Source: Opitutales bacterium | Lineage (GTDB): Bacteria > Verrucomicrobiota > Verrucomicrobiia > Opitutales > JABSRG01 | Assembly (NCBI GenBank): GCA_049599475.1 | Contig: JBMYOQ010000051.1 | Location: 1-31,851, forward strand | Reading direction: 5' to 3' | Length of the DNA stretch: 31,851 nt | Shown: positions 22,203 through 29,610 of the stretch, in pieces | Layout of the letters: every line of letters begins with the position of its first letter | Numbering within the stretch: position 1 is the stretch's first letter | The notes under the pieces: generated by a model | What the model was told of the DNA's origin: nothing | The model's input: only the letters and a program-made list of their open reading frames with translations | Database searches by the model: none | Translations under genes and position numbers: made by a program

Positions 22203-22294
22203 AACTATTTTAAATCATAGTTGTCTCATGGAATTGTATTAGACTGTTGAACACAACGGGGGCTTTATTGAACGTTGAACGGAAGGCGTGTTGC
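22174..22294 (-). promoter_or_regulatory. Copy 2 of the 121-bp promoter/leader, upstream of the sulfatase-CAZyme operon
   Basis: About 90% identical to 13905-14025, in the same orientation, ahead of the next minus-strand operon. Confidence 0.75.
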
Positions 22295-22316
22295 TCTAAA
22301 GAGACGGTCTGAATTG

Positions 22317-22454
22317 GGTGGCGCCGGATCACCGTATCCGGCATGAGCGCGTTAGCCCAAGCGACTATAGCGGCTACCGCCGAGTCATGCCCGTTCACCG
22401 CCTCGACGAGCTCGAGGACCTGAGCAAGTCGAAGGTGTCAACGGACGCTACCAT
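22317..22454. repeat. REP/REPIN-like palindromic extragenic element, copy 2, with an extra internal hairpin
   Basis: Shares GGTGGCGCCGGATCACCGYATCCGGCATGAGCGCGTTAGC...GCCGAGTCATGC...CGCTACCAT with 6881-6980 and is ~38 nt longer. Confidence 0.75.
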
Positions 22455-22506
22455 ACGCTCATTAATGATGAGCCCTTTATTCGCACAAACAACATCCGTA
22501 TGGTGC

Positions 22507-25500
22507 TTAGCGTCTGGCAGTCACACGGTAGAATACGGCATCCTGCTGCGCGTTGACTGTCACCGTGTTTTGCGGTGGCGTTGCGGATATATTTGTGGCG
22601 ACGGGAGTCCAATTACGACTCAATAAATCGAGGCTCATTTCGATATCGTAAATCCGGCCCGCGACACTGGGAAAAGCCAGCTCAACATCGCCATTGGGCG
22701 CTGGCCCCTCGATGGTTGAGATGTAAAATAACGAATTCACGTCTTGAGGATCGGTACCGGCGACGTACTCCCCGAGGTTGTTCATGCCATCTCCGTCAGC
22801 ATCGTCACTTGCGCTGCCTTCAGGCATATCGGTTCCACCAAAGGTCAAGACTTCCCATGGGTCATCCATGCCATCGTTATCGGCATCTGGATCCGGCGTA
22901 AAGGTGATCGTAGCACCCCAGCTCGTGGCATCTTTGATAAAGTTACCATTGTCATTAAGATGGAAATACACGTGGTCTCCTTTCAATACATTGCGGCTCA
23001 AGTCATAAGAGAATCCGACACCATCATCGAAGGCGATCACCTGGGGACCCCAGATGACTTCCCCGTTGTGTCGCAGTGTAGCGACAACGCCATTACCTCC
23101 CGTAATATTCACTTTACGGACGGCTCCTTGGATGGAGACCTCCCCAGTCAACGGTGCCTCCCAGACCCTCACGACTTCCTTATTCGCTGGATGACAACTG
23201 TCTTCCCAAATGCGTATCCATGTTTCTGAGCCCTGCCAGTAGCCGTCGTCGGCATCCCAGTTTAGCTCTGAATAGACTCCGCCCTCATACTCGTAATAGC
23301 GCCACTGGTTCTTGCCCTGCACACTATCGAAATCGAGGTCGGGCCTGTATGTCGTCTCGACGGGTGCCGTATACGTTACCTTGCGTAAGAAAATACCATT
23401 TTCCGGCGCAGACGAAATACTCGTGCCGACACGAGAACCATCGTTTCCATCGCCTATGGAATTTGTCTGCGTCCCATTGAGACGGCTGAAGGACCAATTT
23501 GGAAACAGTGCATCGAGCGCAAAGTTCGTTGCTTGAGTGGACGGATTAGCCAGCACGACACCATGCTGAAACTCACGCGCCAAGGCTGCCGGGCTGTTAT
23601 GGATGGTGAAGTCCTTCATGAACAGGTTGATTGAAGCCGCGCACTCGAAGGTGATGTCGATGTCCCCGGCAGGAATGTCACGAAAGTAGAAGCAGATCGG
23701 CGCATCGCCCAAGGTGCCCACATAGCCACGCAGGGTGACATTCCCAATCGTCGCACTAAGCGGTTTCGGCAAGTGAGCATTGCCACTCATACGCGCATCC
23801 ACAAAGAGAGTTAAATCGCCACCGGGGTGTGTGAAATTGTTATAGGTCGCATCGCCTGCCGCAGTGATCTTGAGCGCGTTCGGTGTGCCTGCCTCGCGTG
23901 AGAAAGTGGTGCTCCCAGATGTAGAACTCCAGCTGGCGATAAAATCATCGGAGATGCTGACTCCATGACCGCTGAGCTGATCCGGCGTCGTCTTGGCAAC
24001 ATGGCGCAGTGGCCCGACGGGTTGCCCAAGCCAATGCGCTTGTTGCAAATCACCACCCAGCGTCTCATCCCAGACTTCCAGATGTCCGCTAGGGTATTTG
24101 GGAGCCCGGGGTTCCAGAGCGTCGTCGGGTCTGAGAGTCGTCGCGTAAGCAATACCAATGGCTGTGGCGGCCGCAAAATCGAGGCGCGCACGTTGACGGT
24201 CGGCCAACACACTATAGTCACCATCCGCTTTGTGCACGGTATAGTTGAGGGTCGGTGTCTGTTCGCTGAAGCGCTCCCAATAGTCAAAATAGTTCAAAGC
24301 ATTCGACCATTTTGTATAGTCGTGAATATGAGGGCCACACCAGCCTTCCGCTTCCATTCCGCTCATGTATTGCGTGACGCGCTGGCTATTATCGACTCCA
24401 CCATCAGCGAGCAGAAGGATATCGTCCCCAACCTTGGAACGGAGTTTCTGATAGAAGCGCTCGATGCCGGACACCTGTTTGGCGATATCAAACTGAATGC
24501 CAGTGAAGTGCTCAAGATAACCACCTTCTTCGAACCATGATGCAATCTGATCACTGAGAACATCGGCGCAGTTCTTGCCATTTTCGTCTCTCGGGGAGTT
24601 GTCAGACAAATTGTATATCCAGAGGCTTGGGCCCGTACTCCATGGACCATTGACTTCATGATTGGCGACCAAGGTGCGGGATGCAGAGAAGGCCCGTGCC
24701 GTCGTATTCCACTGTCCCCGTTGCACTTCGATGGTGGTGCTGTCGACAATCGCTGTGAGCAATACATGTTCGGCTTCGTCCCATAGTTTATTATCATTCT
24801 CGTCTACCGGAACAATAATGAGATTATCCGGCCGACCTTCCGCACGGCCGCGAGCCATCGTGAACTTGCTAGAGTCCGCCACCTTCAGCGTCGTGGTACT
24901 ACTGTCGATATCCTGTTCAAGGTCTGTCCAATTCTTGTAGCGCCAATGGCCGGAAAAGAACGGCTCACGCTCAAATTCCGGATTTCTACCCAGTCCATTG
25001 AAGTGGCAGATCACCTGTTTGCCGGGATATTTCTCTGCAAACCGATTCATTTGATAACGCTCCTGAACGTCATCATTTTGGGTGAGCTCCTCCTTGAAAC
25101 ACTTCGAGATGATACCGTCTAGACGCTCGTGCTCGGCATCATATTCGGCCTCTGACCGATTCACAAAGCGCCACGGAGTGCGGAAATACATCTCACGCGG
25201 AAAACCACCTGTATCCGCAGATTCCCGGACAAATTTCGCGTGGATACTTTGGTCGGCCATTACATTCGTGAAGGTATAGGAAGCCACCCGCCCTACCGCT
25301 ACATCATTAACATACACACGATCAATTACGTAGGCTTCTGCGGCAGTTATGGTAAAGGCAGCATCTTCCCCTGCGGCAACACCTGCAGGACCCGTAACCT
25401 GGCCGCCGGTAGTGGATGAAATCTCTATGCTAAAGTCTTGGGCCGCCTCCGCGAGGCCGACACATAGCTGGGTAAAGACTACAAGTAAGGCTAAGATTTT

Positions 25501-25515
25501 TGTGGGGGACTTCAT
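22507..25515 (-). CDS. Large secreted multidomain protein, probable carbohydrate-active enzyme
   Basis: 1002 aa. Signal peptide; divergent InlB-B-like repeat (YTFTNVMADQSIHAKF); central domain ending AREFQHGVVLANPS (seen in GHL15-like putative glycosidases); beta-sandwich (QGKNQWRY...VVRVWEAP...GGNGV); D-rich tail DPDADNDGMDDPWE...DADGDGMNNLGEYVAGTDP...FYRV typical of PVC exoproteins. Confidence 0.7.
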   Translation of the reverse strand: MKSPTKILALLVVFTQLCVGLAEAAQDFSIEISSTTGGQVTGPAGVAAGEDAAFTITAAEAYVIDRVYVNDVAVGRVASYTFTNVMADQSIHAKFVRESADTGGFPREMYFRTPWRFVNRSEAEYDAEHERLDGIISKCFKEELTQNDDVQERYQMNRFAEKYPGKQVICHFNGLGRNPEFEREPFFSGHWRYKNWTDLEQDIDSSTTTLKVADSSKFTMARGRAEGRPDNLIIVPVDENDNKLWDEAEHVLLTAIVDSTTIEVQRGQWNTTARAFSASRTLVANHEVNGPWSTGPSLWIYNLSDNSPRDENGKNCADVLSDQIASWFEEGGYLEHFTGIQFDIAKQVSGIERFYQKLRSKVGDDILLLADGGVDNSQRVTQYMSGMEAEGWCGPHIHDYTKWSNALNYFDYWERFSEQTPTLNYTVHKADGDYSVLADRQRARLDFAAATAIGIAYATTLRPDDALEPRAPKYPSGHLEVWDETLGGDLQQAHWLGQPVGPLRHVAKTTPDQLSGHGVSISDDFIASWSSTSGSTTFSREAGTPNALKITAAGDATYNNFTHPGGDLTLFVDARMSGNAHLPKPLSATIGNVTLRGYVGTLGDAPICFYFRDIPAGDIDITFECAASINLFMKDFTIHNSPAALAREFQHGVVLANPSTQATNFALDALFPNWSFSRLNGTQTNSIGDGNDGSRVGTSISSAPENGIFLRKVTYTAPVETTYRPDLDFDSVQGKNQWRYYEYEGGVYSELNWDADDGYWQGSETWIRIWEDSCHPANKEVVRVWEAPLTGEVSIQGAVRKVNITGGNGVVATLRHNGEVIWGPQVIAFDDGVGFSYDLSRNVLKGDHVYFHLNDNGNFIKDATSWGATITFTPDPDADNDGMDDPWEVLTFGGTDMPEGSASDDADGDGMNNLGEYVAGTDPQDVNSLFYISTIEGPAPNGDVELAFPSVAGRIYDIEMSLDLLSRNWTPVATNISATPPQNTVTVNAQQDAVFYRVTARR

Positions 25516-25832
25516 GCTCTGATTTCTAGAATTACCGAATCGGAGGACGCCCTGGAGGTTCGGTAAGACTAAGGCTCACACGGGTATCGGGCATCCGTCT
25601 CAGCTCTGCGTAGGGATTCAAGTGGCAGGGTCTCCGCCTTCGGACACCAATACCCAACCACACGAGCCAACAACCAGCAACCTGCCGCCTATTGGACGTT
25701 GAACAGGAGGGCTCAAAACGGGGCATTTAATTCCCTGTAGGTGCATACTTTGAATCGCGATGCTCCTTTTGGCCCGAAAAGTTACGGCGAGCCTTGATTT
25801 AAGTTCGACAAACACGATCATTCTAACATTTT

Positions 25833-25862
25833 TGAAACAAATATATACCTCTTTTTGTTTCA
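25833..25862 (+). promoter_or_regulatory. Inverted-repeat operator of the abiE operon
   Basis: TGAAACAAA-N12-TTTGTTTCA, ending 7 nt before the ATG at 25869. AbiEi-type antitoxins are known to autorepress through promoter inverted repeats. Confidence 0.65.
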
Positions 25863-25868
25863 TTTATA

Positions 25869-26495
25869 ATGGGTAAGCACGCAGATAGCATCGACTCGAA
25901 AATCCTTTCCCGGGTTCAATCCAATGGGAAAGGCTGGGTATTCACGCCTGCCCACTTCGACGATCTAGCAGGTCGTGCAACGGTGTCGATTGTGCTCAAG
26001 CGTCATACAGACGCAGGCACCTTTCGAAATCTAGCACGTGGGTTATACGACTACCCGAAGACAGATCCGCAGCTCGGCCTCTTGCAACCAAGCATCGATG
26101 ATGTTGCTGAAGCACTCGCCGGGCGTGACGAGATACGACTCCAACCTTCCGGGGCCTATGCTGCCAACCGCCTAGGCCTGAGCACTCAAGTCCCAATGAA
26201 AGTGGTCTATCTAACCGATGGACGCTCACGCACTGTGCAAATTGGCAAACGACAAATTCTGCTGCGCAACACAACGCCGAGAAACATGGCAGCAGCGGGC
26301 AAGATCAGCGGCCTAATCATTCAGGCATTGAAACATCTGGGTAAAGATCAGGTTGATGATGCCATCATCAGTCAACTGGATCGAAGGCTCGACGATGCCG
26401 CTCGCAAGCAACTGATGAAAGATATCCGCAGTGCACCTGCATGGATCGCCGATATATTTCGCAAATTGGCACAACCGCAACAGAGCCACAAATGA
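25869..26495 (+). CDS. abiEi: AbiEi-type type IV TA antitoxin / transcriptional regulator (DUF6088-like)
   Basis: N-terminal wHTH (VFTPAHF...LARGLYDYPK) and SGAYAANRLGLSTQVP...YLTDG. Its stop overlaps the next start (ATGA). Confidence 0.88.
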   Translation: MGKHADSIDSKILSRVQSNGKGWVFTPAHFDDLAGRATVSIVLKRHTDAGTFRNLARGLYDYPKTDPQLGLLQPSIDDVAEALAGRDEIRLQPSGAYAANRLGLSTQVPMKVVYLTDGRSRTVQIGKRQILLRNTTPRNMAAAGKISGLIIQALKHLGKDQVDDAIISQLDRRLDDAARKQLMKDIRSAPAWIADIFRKLAQPQQSHK

Positions 26496-27517
26496 ACCAT
26501 TTCCCCACACTTTCTGAAGAGCGTCGTCGCTTAATTTGCGAGCAGGCAGGCGCTCAAACCGGACTCTTTGACTCGTCGGTTGAAAAAGATTTCTGGGTCT
26601 GCTGGACATTGGAGAAACTCTTCAATCTTCCAGAGATTGGAAAGGCGCTCACCTTCAAAGGCGGCACATCATTATCGAAAGGCTGGAAGCTGATTGAACG
26701 CTTCTCAGAAGACATCGACATTGTAATAGACCGATCCGCACTAGGATTTTCAGGAAGCCACTCTCCCGAACAGGCTCCCAGTAATAAACAAACCAAGAAG
26801 CGCTTGGATTCCCTCAAGGAAATGGCGCAAGCCTATGTGACAAGCACCATTCAACCGGCTCTACTGAAAACGATCACCAGCCAGTTGCCAGCGAGTGAAA
26901 TATGGTCACTCACATCAGACCCCGATGATCCCGACGGCCAGACACTCCGATTCAAGTATCCAACCGCTTTCCCTGACCATCCGGAATATCTACCACAAGT
27001 GGTGAAGATCGAGCTGGGAGCTCGATCTGATACAGATCCCGCGGCATCCGTTGAGATCCAGCCGACCATCGCCGAAGTCTTCCCCGATCTACTGAACGGA
27101 AGCACCTTCAACGTGCGCTCTGTCCTGCCCATTCGCACGTTCTGGGAAAAAGCAATGTTGCTACACGAAGAGAGCTATAAACCAGCCGATAAGAAACGTC
27201 GTAAACGCGGCATGGCACGCCACTACTACGACCTATTTCAATTGATTCAGAGCGGAGTCGCCGAACGCGCAGGTAAGGATCTTGAACTCTTCGAGCGGAT
27301 CGCCGACCACCGTAAAGTGTATTTCAAATACGGCTGGATGGACTACAGCACGCTGACACCGGGGCAACTCCGATTGATCCCACGCGAAGATCAAATGGCT
27401 GACTGGAAAAGTGACTATACCGGAATGCAGCAAGAAATGTTCTACGGCGAAGTTCCAGATTTCGAGCAAGTGCTCAAAGCAGTTGAAGCATTCCAGGAAG
27501 CTTTTAATAAGAGCTAG
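26492..27517 (+). CDS. abiEii: AbiEii/AbiGii-family nucleotidyltransferase toxin
   Basis: Motifs VEKDFWV, FKGGTSLSK, IERFSEDIDI, RTFWEK, RHYYDL. True start is probably the ATG at 26492, coupled to abiEi; the ORF track starts at 26441. Confidence 0.92.
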   Translation: MNHFPTLSEERRRLICEQAGAQTGLFDSSVEKDFWVCWTLEKLFNLPEIGKALTFKGGTSLSKGWKLIERFSEDIDIVIDRSALGFSGSHSPEQAPSNKQTKKRLDSLKEMAQAYVTSTIQPALLKTITSQLPASEIWSLTSDPDDPDGQTLRFKYPTAFPDHPEYLPQVVKIELGARSDTDPAASVEIQPTIAEVFPDLLNGSTFNVRSVLPIRTFWEKAMLLHEESYKPADKKRRKRGMARHYYDLFQLIQSGVAERAGKDLELFERIADHRKVYFKYGWMDYSTLTPGQLRLIPREDQMADWKSDYTGMQQEMFYGEVPDFEQVLKAVEAFQEAFNKS

Positions 27518-27563
27518 GCACACAGAACCCCAGTCCACTCTCACTCACCAAAGCCGTAGCAGA

Positions 27564-27590
27564 TCGCGTGGAGCGAAGCTCTTTACGCGA
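27564..27590. repeat. Hairpin repeat CGCGT(G/A)GAGCGAAGCTC...TACGCG, copy 1
   Basis: TCGCGTGGAGC-GAA-GCTCTTTACGCGA. Near-identical copy at 27944-27971. Confidence 0.75.
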
Positions 27591-27687
27591 CGCGGTCACT
27601 CTCGGCGTAGCCGATCCCTCACTTGACTTGGCTACCCCCGGTAGCCTTCGCGAAGGTGGCCGAGACAGGGTTGCGCCCGGATACAAC

Positions 27688-27749
27688 AGTAGAAGCGTGC
27701 TTCCAGCCGCTCCTGGAAAGAGACAAGCGGCAGGATGCCTGCTTCTACT
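27688..27749. repeat. GTAG-type REP doublet (REPIN-like)
   Basis: AGTAGAAGCGTGCTTCCAGCCGCT...AGCGGCAGGATGCCTGCTTCTACT: two inverted GTAG-initiated palindromic units. Confidence 0.75.
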
Positions 27750-27943
27750 TTGCCCCCTACCCTCAGAAAAACTGAACGCATGCACGCCGATCAAAGCGAC
27801 GCCACGAAGTCCACGATCCTCCATAAACAAACATTGATCCCACCAGCGCCTTTGACTTATCTATCACAGATAGAGTCAACCCACACCCCGCGTATTCGCT
27901 AACAATCCAGCCTCACAACTCAAACGCCTCACTTTAAAATAAA

Positions 27944-27971
27944 CCGCGTAGAGCGAAGCTCTTTTACGCGG
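27944..27971. repeat. Hairpin repeat, copy 2
   Basis: CCGCGTAGAGC-GAA-GCTCTTTTACGCGG. The outer closing pair differs from copy 1 (C-G vs T-A) but pairing is kept. Confidence 0.75.
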
Positions 27972-28140
27972 CCAATTCACTCCAGCATTCTCAGCATGCT
28001 ACTTGCCGATTTGCCTCACTATAAAAGTTCACACGAATGCACGCAAATATCACGTCATGGCTCTGTCTACTTCCAGCCCGAAACAAAGGTAATCATATGA
28101 CCCTATTTTCAGCCCTTTAAAACATAACACCTAGATACCC

Positions 28141-29532
28141 ATGAATTGGCCACAACTACTTTCCCATAAACGTATCAACAAAAACCGTGCAACTTATGAC
28201 GCCTCACGTCCACCGTGGCAAGTAGACTACGATCGCATTATCTTTTCCTCTGCGTTTCGAAGGCTCCAAGACAAAACACAAGTCCATCCCCTAAGCTCGA
28301 GCGATTACGTAAGAACTCGACTGACACATAGCCTCGAAGTTTCGTGTGTTGCACGCTCTCTAGGAACTCTAGCGGGAAAACACATTCTTGAGACACATAA
28401 AGACCAGAGCTACGACAACACCACTCTGGGCAAAGCACTAGCGCCCTCTGACATCGGAATGATCACAAGTGCCGCAGCTCTGGCTCACGACATCGGAAAC
28501 CCACCATTTGGGCACTCAGGCGAAGACGCGATTCGCTACTGGTTCGCAACCTCGCAAATTGCTCAGAAAATCAGAGACAAACTCTCTCACTCGCAAATTG
28601 CTGACTTCGAGAACTGGGAAGGAAATGCCGAAGGTTTTCGCATCGCCACACGACTTCAACTCTCCCGCGACGAAGGCGGCATGCGTCTTACTGCGGCATG
28701 CCTCGGCGCTTTCATGAAATACCCAACTAGTGCGGCTGGAATATATCCCCCGAAAACCACTAAAGAAGAGAAAAAGGGCAACGTAGCACCGAAGAAACCA
28801 GGCTATTTCGAAGCCGACACAGACCTTTGGTTAAAAGTCGCCAATGAGCTAGGATTGGAACAAACAGGTCGTGGCCGGTGGTGTCGTCATCCTCTGGCCT
28901 ACCTAACCGAAGCGGCCGATGACATCTGCTACCGTATCGTAGACCTCGAAGATGGACATCGAATCGGGCGAGTGACCTACGATGAATTCAAAACGCTCAT
29001 GATTGAGTTATTAGATGAAGAAACAGTTCTCGATTCAGAAAAGAAATATCCCGGTTCGGGAAACAACATTTCATATTTAAGAGCTTGCGCAATCAATAAG
29101 GGCGTCCGTGAAGCCGCTGAGTTGTTCAAGCAATGGGAACCCGACCTCCTAAAAGGTGAACCACGTGGCGAACTAATGGAGAATGTCCCATCGGCTGGAG
29201 CTTGGTCTAGAATTAAAGAGAAGACGACAGTCAGGATTTATTCGATGCGAAATGTATTAGAGATTGAAGCAGCTGGGTTCAAAATCATCCCGGGGTTACT
29301 CGATATTTTTGTTAATGCTGCAGAACAATGCTCAGCTAATAACGAAAATAAAAACGAGGCACTCTTCGCCCAAAAAGCAATTGATCTGATCCCTAGCGAA
29401 TGCCTAGGCAAAGATCGAACACCGAGCAACGATCCCTACGAGCGGTTACTATCTATCATCGATTTCGTATCTGGAATGACGGACACTTACGCACTAGATC
29501 TATTTAGGACGTTAAGAGGAGTCTCCATCTAG
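28141..29532 (+). CDS. dgt: Deoxyguanosinetriphosphate triphosphohydrolase (HD-family dNTPase)
   Basis: Motifs DYDRIIFSSAFRRLQDKTQV, RTRLTHSLEV, AHDIGNPPFGHSGE, EGNA, EAADDICY, DLED, DFVSGMTDTYA. Confidence 0.95.
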   Translation: MNWPQLLSHKRINKNRATYDASRPPWQVDYDRIIFSSAFRRLQDKTQVHPLSSSDYVRTRLTHSLEVSCVARSLGTLAGKHILETHKDQSYDNTTLGKALAPSDIGMITSAAALAHDIGNPPFGHSGEDAIRYWFATSQIAQKIRDKLSHSQIADFENWEGNAEGFRIATRLQLSRDEGGMRLTAACLGAFMKYPTSAAGIYPPKTTKEEKKGNVAPKKPGYFEADTDLWLKVANELGLEQTGRGRWCRHPLAYLTEAADDICYRIVDLEDGHRIGRVTYDEFKTLMIELLDEETVLDSEKKYPGSGNNISYLRACAINKGVREAAELFKQWEPDLLKGEPRGELMENVPSAGAWSRIKEKTTVRIYSMRNVLEIEAAGFKIIPGLLDIFVNAAEQCSANNENKNEALFAQKAIDLIPSECLGKDRTPSNDPYERLLSIIDFVSGMTDTYALDLFRTLRGVSI

Positions 29533-29610
29533 ACGTAAGCACATCAATATGCCTCGCGAAATGCCCAAGGACTACCTGCAAGTCAATAAACACATAGAAA
29601 CACAAAAAGG

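Noticed and set aside
13905..22294. 121-bp imperfect repeat pair as the TR/VR of a diversity-generating retroelement served by the RT
   Set aside because: The 12 mismatches are not confined to adenines on either strand, the repeat covers a promoter and gene 5' end rather than a 3' variable region, and the RT is not DGR-like (too long, no avd gene).
25532..25863. Small ORFs and a TTACCGAA...TTCGGTAA hairpin upstream of the 1002-aa gene as a riboswitch or peptide gene
   Set aside because: No recognisable riboswitch consensus or coding signal. It is more simply a divergent promoter region.
26441..26491. Extended N-terminus of AbiEii
   Set aside because: The ATG at 26492 overlaps the abiEi stop (ATGA), the usual translational coupling, so it is the more likely start.
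27518..28140. CRISPR array, integron attC array, tRNA or short ORFs (27504-27830, 27568-27837) in the spacer
   Set aside because: There are only two hairpin copies, 380 bp apart, with no regular spacing, no attC core sites, no integrase and no tRNA T-loop/CCA. The ORFs translate palindromic DNA and lack protein-like features.
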